Part shown: positions 29,136-41,900 of the stretch, piece after piece
Layout: each line of letters begins with the position of its first letter
Position numbering within the stretch: the first letter of the stretch is position 1
Source of the DNA: Vezdaea acicularis
Lineage: Eukaryota
Direction of reading: 5' to 3'
Assembly (NCBI GenBank): GCA_026025075.1
Contig: JAPEUI010000032.1
Location: 1 to 64,000, forward strand
DNA length: 64,000 nt
Made by a program: the position numbers and the translations under genes
Notes under the pieces: model-generated
What the model saw: the letters and a program-made list of their open reading frames with translations, nothing else
Told to the model about the DNA's origin: nothing
The model's database searches: none

Positions 29136-29927
29136 ATGGAGCAAGGCAAAGCTACGTCGAATCCTACGGCGAAGTCGACATCAATTCCACCGAACAGACC
29201 CACAGACCCCCTCCTCCCCCTTCTCCCACACCTCCAAGCTTCCTTCCCAACCCGCTTCGACCCTCGAGCATGGTACGTTGTAATCTTCACTTGCCTCACC
29301 ACGCTCAACAAAACTACATCCCTCCGTGCCCTGTGCGCCTACCTTCTCCAACCCCCCCACACCCATGGCTCGCCAACGATAACATCCCGCACGTTGCGCG
29401 ACGTCCTCTTCAAGACCTGGACGCTCATCGGCATCCCCTTGGTGATCAATGCGTTCGCACAATTGGCGTCTGTCGAGGACGAGCTCGGCTTGCGAGCGAC
29501 TCTCGAAGCCGCCGAGAAGGAGAACGGCGACGCCTTTAGGACTCGCTTACTCAGTGACACCGAGGCGTATGCAAGGGGAACGAAGATGATTGATAGTATC
29601 TACCTGTCCGACCTAGCGCCTATATTCGACTCGTTTGGTGCGCACAAGCACGATATCGAGTGGCTGGAGAAGCGGGTCATCTACGGGGAGTTTCTGTCTG
29701 AAGATCGCGTGCTGGGTGTGCTGGAGAGCGAACTGGTCACACTGACGGCGATTATGTGCCAGGGCCTTGAGGGGCCGACGCGGTGGCACTTGAAGGGGAT
29801 CCGACGGCTGGGGGTCGGGAGGAGGGATGTGGAGAGGGTTGAGGAGATGGTCAGAGAGACGGCGACCGCCGTTGGGGTGGATGGGAGGCAGTGGGTGAGT
29901 GTCGGGGCCGTCGAGGATGAGATTTGA
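29136..29927 (+). CDS. AhpD-like / carboxymuconolactone-decarboxylase-fold protein
   Basis: LRDVLFKTWTLIGIPLVINA, RGTKMIDSIY, IYGEFLSEDRVLGVLESELVTLTAIMCQG and WHLKGIRRLG follow the pattern of fungal AhpD-like proteins. Start taken at the first ATG in good context (CAACAATGG). Confidence 0.7.
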   Translation: MEQGKATSNPTAKSTSIPPNRPTDPLLPLLPHLQASFPTRFDPRAWYVVIFTCLTTLNKTTSLRALCAYLLQPPHTHGSPTITSRTLRDVLFKTWTLIGIPLVINAFAQLASVEDELGLRATLEAAEKENGDAFRTRLLSDTEAYARGTKMIDSIYLSDLAPIFDSFGAHKHDIEWLEKRVIYGEFLSEDRVLGVLESELVTLTAIMCQGLEGPTRWHLKGIRRLGVGRRDVERVEEMVRETATAVGVDGRQWVSVGAVEDEI

Positions 29928-30230
29928 GAGGACCTTGACTCATAGGCGTGGATGTTGGTAAGCATTGGTGCACTGTGAACGGGTACGGGATAGATTGAGC
30001 TGCATTGCATGGTCATGGGCGTTTGGAGGGGAGAAGAGCCTGGAATTCTAGAGGATAATGCTGCAATATAGCGACAAAAGCCTTCTGATTGGCGAGGTAG
30101 ATCAGCATATGAAATAAACCCCAAAAGCAACACTGGAGGTACCCATCCAACTCCGAGCAACCCAAAAGCAACCATTACATATGTCCTGATCAATCTGGTC
30201 CTTCGTCCTGCTCCTCTTTCAATTCATCAC

Positions 30231-30908
30231 CTAGCGCCGCCCCAACCCAATCCGCCGCCGAAGCCGACCAGCCTTCCCAGCCTCGATACCCTTCCGGAAC
30301 TGTTCCCAGCTCCTCTCCCGCTCCCTCCAGTCCGCCATTTGCTTCACCATGAAGTCCCACTTTCTGTCCTCCTGCCGCAGAATCTCCATGCCCCTCTCCC
30401 CCGCTATCTTGCCGAGTCGCGCCTTCCTTGCCTGCTCCGCCATCGCTGTTCCTACCACATATGGGTCCTCCAGCGGGTCCAGCTCCTCGCTCGGCCCGCA
30501 TGGATCTAGCATCGCGAGCTTCTGCATGGCCACAGCGTTGTTGCGAGCAAGTGGTTCCTTGTCCCTTCGGGCGGAAGCGCAGCGCCGGCTCGCAACGCTG
30601 GCGTAATGCCGTGCTTGCGGGCCGATGTGAGGGTTAGACCATGCGGTGATGTTGTAGTTCTGGAGCTCGAGGTCACGGATGTCGGGGTTAGGGCAGCGAC
30701 GGGTGAAGCCTGGGGCGTAATCGGCACGCGGTAGGCGTCGGGTGTGACTGTGGTTGTGGTTATGGTTAGGTTGATTGGAGCGGTAGGAGGGTGCTGCTGA
30801 GGTATAGGATGGGGCGGCGCTACGAATGGAGGTCGTTTCTGGGTCGCGCGTGTAGCGGGGTAGAGGGTCAGGGAGATTGGGGGTGATTAGAGGGGCGGTG
30901 AAGGACAT
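30231..30908 (-). CDS. Fungal hypothetical protein (225 aa, intronless)
   Basis: ATG-initiated ORF with coding-like codon bias. S/P-rich N-terminus with SAAPSY repeats, then PLEDPYVVG and LRQEDRKWDFMVKQMADWRERERSW helical motifs. Confidence 0.75.
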   Translation of the reverse strand: MSFTAPLITPNLPDPLPRYTRDPETTSIRSAAPSYTSAAPSYRSNQPNHNHNHSHTRRLPRADYAPGFTRRCPNPDIRDLELQNYNITAWSNPHIGPQARHYASVASRRCASARRDKEPLARNNAVAMQKLAMLDPCGPSEELDPLEDPYVVGTAMAEQARKARLGKIAGERGMEILRQEDRKWDFMVKQMADWRERERSWEQFRKGIEAGKAGRLRRRIGLGRR

Positions 30909-32157
30909 GTTGGTGGTAGCCGTGAAGTGAAATGAGCTATGTGAGATGGGGAAGAATGTAAGTCGGGAGTGTTATGGGGGTGTTATGTAAGAAGGCTGCG
31001 AGTGAGCTCAGGACCGAGTGACAGAAAGATGACGATGGCAGTTTCTGCAGATGGAGTGGGTATTATGCTTGTCGGCGAGAGGAGACGCCGAAGGGATGGC
31101 CTACTCGCACGGCCTGTCAGCTTCATATGCAGGGTAAACCTTCTGCAAGATCTCGTTTCTTGTAGGAATCAGGGTCGTGGTAGGCCCATCTTCTGTCCAA
31201 ACCCCTCAGTAAGGACGCTCACCACAGTGTTTTAACTGAACCAAGTGACGGTTATGAGTCCGCTAAAACATTCCAAGGAAGACACCGAAAATAGGATCAG
31301 TATAGGATCAGCATTAGACTATGCACAATGTATACGTGTAAGGCCCGAGCGAGATGAAGGGAGGGGCCTTCTTGAGTCAAACCCCCTGGCTCGACTTTCC
31401 ACGAGGTGGGGTAAAGCTGTCAAGCCGTAATCGATAAGAAAACTGGCGCTATGCCGTCTTCGGCTGCCTGTTTGGGCACCCATTAAAACCACTTCAGATT
31501 GAGTAAGTTTATCACCATATTTACTGTAGTCAAGTGACTCTTTCTTTGCATGCATTGAGTGTTTGCACTCGTAGACGTGATTCTGCTGATCAATACTGTT
31601 GCGTTCATTCCGCTAATGGACAGTGGGGCCTGTTTGAGTCGGCATCATTCACCCTGACCCAGGTCACTGTCTGATTTTTCCCTCACGCAATGTGATACTT
31701 GGTCGGGGTGCTGGCGTCGCTGCGGCCTGTGTGCTTGACCCCGTGCTCAAGCCACTCCCTCGCTATCCGAGGTTTTCGAATGAAGGATCTAAGAATGCAT
31801 GTGATGACGGAAAGACTAACACATTTCCTAGAGAGGGCGATTTAATGTTTTACTTTGAGTAACTCACGTGGTAAACCGCTGAAGTCAGCATTGATATGGC
31901 ACCCATCAGGGGACGCTTGCGTGGTTCGCAGCCGTGTTGAAGGTTAGGGACCACTGAGATGTAGCGTCACAATCCCCCCCGTTTGAGCCTTCGAAATCGC
32001 TAATATCCGCCTTGATACGTCATATTTAAGCCCGTAAAGAATCAGATGAATGTGGCTAGCTTGAGAGAGTTTAATCTGAATACTTCAGATTCTATCTGAA
32101 TTTGAAGGAATTTAGTATTCAATAGTAATGAATATCAATCACTACCTCTTGGGTATT

Positions 32158-35100
32158 TTATATCTCCCGACACCATCGGCTCAGCCCGCTGACGCCCCCA
32201 ACTCCGGAGATCCAGGCTCCGACCTCCTCCAAGCCGACATCGACCCTACACATCCTTTCTCGTCCGGCCACTTTGCCACCTCTTGCCCCGCCTCCGCCCG
32301 TCCTCTCCTCGATAACGAGCCCGAGCTCTACCAGGCCCTCCCACTCTCTGCCTGCAACGTCTTTCCCCCATACTCTGCCCCCAGCGCCCGCACCGGTGTT
32401 GGCAGAGCCTGTGGCTAGAGCACCGGATGAGGCGCTAATGAGCTTGGAGCGGGTTGCTAGAGACACGTATTCGGAATATGCCATATTGAAATTAATAAGA
32501 TCTGTAGCCAGGATGACTTCAAGACGGCACGCAGCGATCAAAAGGGTAAGAGAGAGGGTTGAAAGTGATGCTAACAGAGAGAGCTTAGAGTCAGGAGGTT
32601 GGAGAGGCTGTGAGATCATCGTAGACATCTTCAAAGGGAGAGTCTCTGAGCTGAGACCCACGATAGTCATGAATATGGATGTGAAAAAGGAAGACACACT
32701 TCTACTTTGGACGAACTGTCTGCTGAGATGTCGTTTAAAGTATTGAGATTTAGAGTAAAGTGACTTCACGCCATTAGATGAATCTTGTTCGTGATTGGTA
32801 TGAAGACCTACCTCAATGCTCGCATTCCAAGTGGCAAGGAAGTCGGTGGGATCGCCATCGGTCAAAGCTGCAACCTTACTCCCTTCGCTGCCGCGCTCTC
32901 CCCTTGAGCCTAGATCGTCTGCTCTAACTATGAGTCCTTCCTTGCAGATATTCCAGTAGGCATCTAGCGTCCGTGGTAAGGGAAGGTGCACAACACGATG
33001 ACTGAAACGACTTTTAACTCGCTTCTCCAGGCTCTCAACAACATCAACGCGTGCTGTGAGACCGAGAACGGCCACTGGCGCTTTCCGTGCTTGCGCAATT
33101 TCGAAAAGATTGTAGAGAAGGGTTTGACGGGGATGAGACGTAAAAAGCTCGAACTCGTCAAGGAGAAAGATGACAGACTTCGCAGTCTCCATTTCAGTAG
33201 AGAGATGGTCAGACTCCACGGCGTGTTCTGAAGGGTGAGATAGAAGAGCGAGTAAAGATGATAATGTATCAGCATAGCTATATGACTTTGAAAAGGCATC
33301 AGTAATTGTGGTCTCGAGCGCGCCTCCCTAGATTTATTCACCTTAGTCATCGAGTCGTCTTCGACGTCCATTTCACGTCCAAGCTGTTTCCAAATTTCAC
33401 GGAGAGCAATTTTATCATCTGTATGAACGAAACCATTCAATCTGACAATGTGGAAATCTTCACCATGCTCTGTGGCTATGTTTTCCAGAGCAGTTTCGAC
33501 AAGCTACTGGAAACTCAGTACCGTAAAGTGTAAGTATACTAGAATAGACCCACCGTAGTCTTCCCGCTGCCCCTAGAGCCAATGAGGAGCATCGAGTTAC
33601 CCTCCCCTGCTGCTACAGTTTGCTCAACCAGCTGATGTACTTTTCCATACTCCTGATCTACCCCAACAAGTCGCATTCTTTCTCGTTGTGTAATTCTATT
33701 GAGCAACAAAGATCTGAGAGCACCGACTTTAAGATTTAGCCCTTCCAAATTGTCGTCTCTCATTCTCTGGAACAAGCTCTTGTAATCAGGTGTTCCCTCC
33801 GCCGGCAAAATATCTCCTTCGATATCTACGTCAATGCTATCTAGCACGTAGGCATCGCTATTCGCTTCATCGGGCTGATTTGGGATGAGTTGATGAATTC
33901 TCGGGCGCCCTCGTTTCCGACTAGCGGTCAATGCTTCTGTCGATTCCTGGTAGGATGTAGCAGCGGCTGGCTGGATTGGCTCGGAAATTTGGTCGATTTG
34001 CGTGCCCGACGCATTTGCCTCTCTGTCAAGCCCAAAGATTGGCACTGCTAAAGGGTGTTTTCTTGGTCGACCTCTTTTTTTTCCTTTGGAGTTTGGTATT
34101 GCCGACAACCTAGCTTGCATATTCATGGTCTTTGACTTGATATCTTGTTCGTCACCGGCGGTGCTTACGACCGTGCTATCTTGAGCAGGAACACCTCCAA
34201 AGCTTATTTCAAGCGAGCTCGCCATTTGATTTAAGCCATTTTGCTCGCCAACGATTATAGCTTTTTTCGGTCGTTCTCTTGGTCTTCCCATACCATTCTT
34301 TGTAGGAGTGAGGACGTGGCTTGGCACTTTTCGTTCTGAGATGCTGACGGCTTCCTCCGCAAACCTTCGCGGTGCTCGTCGCTCGCGACCACCTGCTACC
34401 TCGGGATCATTAGGGCTAGTATTTAATTTGGATACGTTTATGAAAGGGTCAAAGGGCGCTGTGGGTGAGGATGTTGAGTCTGCTTTTTCGGAAGACGGTA
34501 GGATCTGCTTTCGGGGACGTCCACGTTTCCGTTTGGCTGGAGGGTCTTGAATGTGTGAAGCTGGCTCAGATGTTTGATGAGCCAATTTGCTGGACCAGCC
34601 TTGAGAATCAATTGCATTATCATCCTGGGAGATGTTTTCAAGCGGCCCAGTGCTTCCGGGCCTATCATTCTCTGATACGGCGGCTTCTATGGCTTCATAC
34701 TTGGGGGGTGCAGCCGGGTGCTTTCTGGGGCGACCTCTCTTCTTCTTTTCAGAGCTTTTGGTACTTTCTGGTGCCCCATTGAGCAATGGAACAGCTTCTG
34801 TCTTCTTGACGCTTCCAGGTGGAAGTCCGTCCTTCCTTGGACGCCCTCTAACCCGCTTCACCGACGGTTCATCTAGTAGCACATGGCCAGTATACTCCAG
34901 AACTGGAGCCACAGATGGATGGCCTTCTACACCGCCATTCGCGCTGCCTGTTTCAAGATCATCCGTTGCTGTGCTACCGGCTCGAAAACTACGCCCGGCC
35001 GTACCCAAAGATCGAGGACTCTCTATGCCCTCATGATCTTGGGTTGGCATGGCGAAAGGCTCCTGCCATTCCCCTCTCTGCTGAAGTTTATATGATTTTC

Positions 35101-35374
35101 CTAGGAGCTCCTTTGTATTTCGAGACGTATGGTCATCACGAGCCTTGAGGATTGGGGTGAAAAGCGAGGACACCCCATTCAACGCGCCCTTCAAGGCCGC
35201 AAGTTTGTTCGGTCTGGGGTCTGTGCGCACCAATTTCTGCCGTTTTGGAGCCCTGAATGGCGAGTCAAGCTCCTCATAGAGTATATGCTCCGAATCTGAA
35301 TCTAATGTTTCCAGAAATAGGTGGTCAGGATCTTTTGCATTGACTTCGACTGATCGCATTGCTGGCGTGTTCAT
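32158..35374 (-). CDS. ORC4: Origin recognition complex subunit 4 with long N-terminal AT-hook region
   Basis: VHQLVEQTVAAGEGNSMLLIGSRGSGKT (Walker A), LNGFVHTDDKIALREIWKQL, IFLLDEFELFTSHPRQTLLYNLF (Walker B) and LEKRVKSRFSHR. Several GT-AG introns. The exact start ATG is uncertain. Confidence 0.93.
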
Positions 35375-36599
35375 GGCGGGCAAAGGTCAGAATCCATAGA
35401 CGTATACATATAACGGTATATGTGATCATAGAACGTCTGGGCGGTCCATAAGTGGGCCGTGGTCTCTTGTGTATAGCTCTTAAAGGCTACATGACTAGTC
35501 GCAAGAGAGTTTGGGGGGATTCAGTTCTCTTCGGAAAGCTTTCCATGATGACTAAGCATTCGCTATCAAACGCTTCAGCGCTTCGATGGCATGGAACAAA
35601 AGATATTGCAGAGCGCTGCACTGCAAAAATTCCGAGGCAATTAATTACTTTATAGCTGCAGATGTTGTGCCTGCCAGATATTGTGTCTCTTGTTTAGCTG
35701 CGGAGTCACGATAGGCAAGAATTTACTGGAAGGGCGTGTACCCAAGTCCTCGGCCATCTTCACTGGTATGAGAAAACCCAAGGCTTGATGGATCGGCCCG
35801 GGAATGATACTCCATATCTCATTATGCAAATACACGCCAGGTTTCTTCAGCTGGGTATTTGCTTTTATGTTGTGCCCGCAGCTTGCGAATCGCTGGTCGT
35901 ATCCATTGCACATTGGATGTCGTGAGCTTCGGAACGACCAACCACCTCAGACTAGAGTTAGTAAATACAATTCCAAAAAGGCATTGTCATCTCCTGAAGC
36001 ACCCCCTTCTATTTATTATTTGATCATTGAATGGTTACATTCAAAGTGCTTGATTTCTATTCGGTTCGCTCGTTATGCGATTCATTATTCAAATTGGTTG
36101 AGCCTAATGTACGGGCATTCTCTCCCTTTCAGGGGTATGCGTCTGTATACTCTAAGTTATTTGAATGAAGTCTGCTTCCACTAGCATTATCATGTCCAGA
36201 GGTATAACAGATATCTGTGGAACGTATAGCCTAGCTTGTGGTAGTGAGAGGCCAAAGTCCCTCCAACCTTCCCTCGCTCGTTGTATCGGGACATCAAATT
36301 TACGTGGGTCGGAAAAGGGATTTGCTCCACGCTAGGCTTTCTCGCTGAGCGGCTCTGCTTTACATTGCTTGAGGTCTGGGATTATGACGATTGAGGACAA
36401 CATGCAGCTGCCTAGACTTCTCGATCTCCTCTTTCTGAAGTTCGGATCAGATTAGAGATAAATACGCTTCCTTGCTTTCCTGGTCATTCACCTGCTTGGG
36501 TTCTGCCTGGATTTTGGAACGAGTCTGCTCTCATCGATTCCACTTCCCAGCTAGTCATCACCGCGAATAGGGATTGAAGAAGGTGACGTTCCAAGAGCA

Positions 36600-38944
36600 G
36601 ACTCGATTAACCACAACTGAAGTAAGTTTTCTATGCTGTGCTATTTAATGCTCTTTCATCGCAACCCTTGCACAACCCCAGTATATTTATTCGTCAGTCT
36701 CTCGGGCTTTCCTCCACATCTTCTCTTCCTTCCTTCGGTACTCTGCTTCACGCTCACTTCACTTTTGCATCTGTTATCTTCTAACAGAGGCCTGGAAGTA
36801 AATATTATCGTGTAGCCGAAGTAACTTGGAATCTCCAGATGCTGGTTATACATTCCTAAGCTCGCCTCAACGGCGTCACATTCTCTCCAACCCATCTTTC
36901 TCTTTTTACGGATTGTTTCCTCTTCCTATTATGGCCTAACACCTCATTCATTAGGAGGATTCTTCATCTTCATCCCCATTCTATATCGCTTCCAACCTTG
37001 ATGGTAAATCAAGTTGCATGTATATTCACCTGCATTAAATGTAAGTCTTGCTTCCCAGGTACTGTGAGACATGCAGATCATCGTCCCAATATCGAGTATA
37101 CACCCAAGTAAATATTACATCTTTTACACATAAGTACTGGAGCAGCACTGTGTTCTCTTCTTGCTTCTTCCTGCCTCCTTTCTCCCTTCTTCCTTCCTTC
37201 TTCCTTCTTTCTGCCTCCTTTCTTCCTCCTCCTACTTCCTTGCTCCTCTATTCTCCAGCTTTTCACCTCTAGCTTCCTACTCACTCATTACTCATTACTC
37301 ATTTCTCCTCTCCCCTACACTGCTCTGCCTTCACTGTCGCACGAGCAGACTTGCTTCCCACTAATCTTCCATTTTTCTAAAGAGTAGCAGCTAAATAAGG
37401 AGTGTATCTCGGCACCTGCTGCTGGTGTAAATCTCACGACTGAACCCTGTCAGATCCCTATTCGTCTCACCTTCTTGACGACTCTTACATTCATTTCTAC
37501 ACTCGCATACCTATCTTTCTCCCGTCAAGTTTCTCAAATCTTTGATTAATCGACAAAAGTTTAACTCCTTCCTTTCACCACTCTGGTTCATATTTCCTCC
37601 TAGTTTACTCTTCACTATCGCTGCTTCTTCATTCTCGAATGACTTGACGAAGGCTTCCTCGACTGGTAGTTGGCATCAAGGGCGATAACCAAATATCCTA
37701 TCCAATTGTCGTCTCAACTTGCTTATCATCTGCTTCTGAGATTATCCTTTCTTATCTTCACATTTCATATGAAACACCTTCGATAAGCCGCTCACTTCAC
37801 TCATCAGCACGACAGCCAGGCTTCAATATCTTGTTCGTCTTTGCCTCGTAAATAACACATATCACCATACTCTGACAGTTAATCAATGCTAACTTGATCA
37901 CAATAGATAAGGTCACGCTCGAAGGTGTTGAGATATTGATCGGATCTGCTACAGTGAGTCCTGTTTCACATCTTCCGTCATCCTAGCAAACCCAGTTCTT
38001 TCAAACTCAGCTTCATTGAGGTATTCCTCAAGGGATCTCGCAGTTCATCTTGGTCGTTTGCGCTCGTTTGATTATTGACCTTTGCATCATCTATGCCTAA
38101 ACCCCGGCAAATTTACGTATCTTTGGTCTCTACGGTTCAACCCATTTTCATATAGCCCACTTCTGCAGCCTTTACACTATTAGGGCTCGTTTCATCATTC
38201 ACTTGCCCCAACCACTTTTCTCTCCCCCAATGCATTTCTTCAATCGAATCATTACAATCACTTCTCAGCCACACCAAAGATCCTCTCTATGGCTCACAAC
38301 CTCTAATCTTTAGCTAGACTTGACTACTAGGTAAGTAACCTCACTTATTTTGATCATTTTATGAGTGGTCTGCATGATGCTTATCCTGTCCTACGCCTAT
38401 ATTCTGGCTTGAGATTATTTGATGTCCTTCTCTGCCCTTAAAGCTATACTCAGATATTTTCCTCTCTTGAGAGAGTTGCGTTCAACCTCAGCTTTTACGT
38501 CTTGGGGTCCGCTACCCGGCATTGACCCCGCTTTCTCTTCCATGTGTCTAGGCCAAAATCGTCTGCTTTCACTTCACTCTTAACTGATAACCTATTCTAA
38601 GCCTCGGTTCCCTAAAGAAAAATCATACGTCCATATATCAAGTGAGTGTATCAAGCGCCTGCTCCCTCTTCCTCACATTCACCTTCACTTGAACGTTTTC
38701 TGTCTCACTTTAGCTTGAGGCCTGTATCTTAGCCTGCTTCCATTATGATAAGTACTGCTCAATATTAGGCTCGCTGACAAATATTTGCTAGCAGAAACGT
38801 CTCTTCTACACCCTTTTTTAGACAACAGTCACCTTTTGGCTTGTCAAGGCAGACAATCTTTCAAGGTCGCCTTCTCTGACTACGTCGCGTATATATATTA
38901 ACGATCCATAGATCCTAAGTCGTCTACCCCTTGGCAAAGCCGTC
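36600..38944 (+). other. Putative long multiply spliced 5' leader of the Argonaute gene
   Basis: Pyrimidine-rich with no long coding-like ORF. Sense-strand donors GTAAGT (36622, 37041, 38331) and GTGAGT (~37954, 38642). Branch/acceptor pairs: CTAAC 36781/TAG 36815, GCTAAC 37888/TAG 37906, GCTGAC 38773/TAG 38791. Confidence 0.5.
37153..37262. repeat. Polypyrimidine (CTT/CCT) low-complexity tract
   Basis: About 110 nt almost entirely C/T, including a direct repeat of CTGCCTCCTTTCT at 37171 and 37211. Confidence 0.8.
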
Positions 38945-41900
38945 ATGTCTGGTCAACAAGGACGTGACAATCGCCGTCGGTCGATTTCTCCTCGCCGAGA
39001 TGGGCCCTCCAACTATCGTGAACGGGACTCTGGATACAGTGGCTCTTCCACTCGTGGAAACTTCCGAGGTGATCGTGGAGGTCGTAGCGGACGTGGTGAC
39101 CGCGGCCGTGATGGACGCGGAAGTTTCCAAGGTGGGCATAGCGGTGCCTTGATCGGACCTAGCCTTCCGGACTTGCCGGCCAAAGTCGACGTACCTGCAT
39201 CCGGTAGAAAGCTTCCTGAAATGGGTTTGAAGATGGTGGGAAAGGTCGGTACTTCAACAAAGATCATAGTAAACCACTACGAGCTCCAAAGTTTACCAAC
39301 GACGAAAATCTACCAGTATCAAGTATGTTCTATAAACTAAATGGCCATGACAGCTGCTAAATAAAGTTATTAGATCCGAATGCGTGTCCCTGAGTCATCC
39401 CAAAGAAGAGGTAGCGAAAAGGTGTCTGCTGCTCAAGAAGCCAAAGCTATCGTCCATGCAAGCTTCCAAGGGACTGTAGGACCAGCGTTTGTTTATGATG
39501 GTAAGTACAGTACATTGCCGAGCTGGTATGCCCGCGTCTTGACCATTAGTTCAGGTGTATCCATGGGATATTCACCGCAAAAGCTTTGCGAGATCGGAAC
39601 CAAGCTCACCTCGATGATTGATCTTTTTGGCCACACTACGGAACGCCCAAATCAAGTGGAGGTTACTATTCTCAACACAGGCACTTTGAATATTGCTTTA
39701 CTCGTCAACTATATGCAAAGCAAGAAAATGCTGCTCAATCCGATGGGAAGCGAGAAGCTCGAACCGCTACTTAAATGGTTGAACGCAGTGTACCGCAGCG
39801 ATCCTTCGTCCAGATTTGTGACTCGACCAAACGCTAATGCCTATTTTGAGAGAACTCCTGAGACTATCTTTAATCTTCAGTCGACTGGTGGAATTCTAGA
39901 AGCTGTCCGTGGCATGTTTCAAACTGTTCAAATCAGGTTCGGGAAGCTGACAATCAACGTGGACACTACTACGACAGCGTTCTATGTACCTGATAGGCGG
40001 TTGACTGATCTATGTCATGCATTACTTGGCATACCCTATGAAAATAACCTCGAAAACGCATATCTTGGTAACAAGGAAAAGTTTCTCGCGGGAGCTTCGC
40101 GTTTAATTGGTATCCATTTCTGCGTTCATCATCTAAGTCCATATCAGAACCCTCTGAAGAGGAGGCTTCGGAACCTCACCCGCTCTAACGCGATTGAGAC
40201 GACATTTGAGATCAAAGATGGTTCTGGGTCAGTCTCCGAGATTAGTGTATACGAGTAAGTATCAAGTTGGACGAACATTAAGCCGTAGCTAACAATTTAT
40301 AGTCATTTCCAGAACAAATATGACATCAAGCTTCGATATCCGAAACTACCCCTTGCTCATTGTAAGGACGGAGACTTTCCCTTGGAAGTCTGCTTTTCTG
40401 CACCAGTATGATACTGTGACATTGTCCTCTGCACACTGGGTTGTTTTAACTGCCTCTAGGGCGAAAGATACAAAGAATTGCTCCAGGGTGCAGAAACAGC
40501 TGATTTCATCAAGTTTGCCACGAGTCCGGCCTTTAGTATGAACTTCAAACCCTATCCTGCGCTTCTACTAATGAATTCTAGCCCGGCACAAACAAATAAC
40601 GGAAAATGCGAAGAAGCTTCACTGGCACGAGCTTCCTGTCCCCATCTCACACGGCCTTAGTGTGGAGACGAAAATGATCGAAATCCCCGGACGTATTTTG
40701 CCTGCTCCCACGCCACAGTACCTCAGAGGGACAGACCAAAGTGCGCCTTCAATGGGAGTTTGGAACCTTCGGAACAAGAAACTTCTCAGACCGGCATCTA
40801 TCACATCTTGGGGAATGCTTTACTTTCCAACTTCCAAAAGGCAAGGTCTTGCGGTAATCGAAGAGTTTAGTCGTGCCATCATCGGAAACTTCGGAAGTCT
40901 TGGTATAGAAGTTCCTAGCAGGCCCCCAACTTTCCTCATGGGTAATCCGCAAGGGGCTATTGACCAAATGATCGGCGAACTCGGAGCGAAAACTCAAAGC
41001 GCATTTGGTGGTATCAAGCCTCAGGTCCTTTTCTTCGCTTTTGATGCATCCAGTGACTTTCTCTACAAGGGAATCAAGCACGCTTGCGATGTTAAATTCG
41101 GGGTGGCTTCCCAAGTCGTAATCTTTGCGAAGGCCTTGAAGAATAATGGACAAGATCAATATATCGCTAACCTTGGTCTTAAGGTCAATGTCAAGCTTGG
41201 GGGAACAAATTCGATTATTCGGGAAAAAGTATTTCAGGATAACCGCTGGATGATTATGGGAGGCGACACTTCACATCCTACGCCCGGCCAGCTAAGGCAA
41301 AATCCACCTCCGCCGTCATTTTCCGCGCTTGTTGCTACGTACGATCGAGAGTGTGCTGCATATACAGCAGTTACCACTGGGCAACCTCCAACTGAGCAGC
41401 TAATATCTAGTTTTGGAGCAATGTTCAAAGAGATCATCGAACGATACAAGGTAAAGAATGGTGACAAACTGCCAGAGAGGATCCTATATTATCGCGATGG
41501 TGAATTTCCTTACCCAATTTTTCCGTCATGTTACCACTAACAATCCTAAAAGGTCTCTCCGAAGGTCAATTTCAGCAAATCAAAGATACAGAAGGCCAAG
41601 CCATGAAACAAGTCTGCGAAAGTCTTGGTGGTTCTTCCCGCCCTAGATTGACTATCGTCATTTGTGTGAAGCGGCACCATACAAGGATGTTTCCTACAGA
41701 GCGCGGTGACAAGAATGGGAATGTCCTCCCCGGAACTGTAGTAGAAAATTCAATGGACAACGACATCTTCTTGGTCGCCCATGCGGGTCTGCAAGGAACC
41801 AATCGCCCGACAAGATATGCCGTGTTAGTCGACGAGAACAACCTTTCGGCCGATGATTTCCAACGAATCACGAATAACCTCTGCTGGTCCTATGCTCGAG

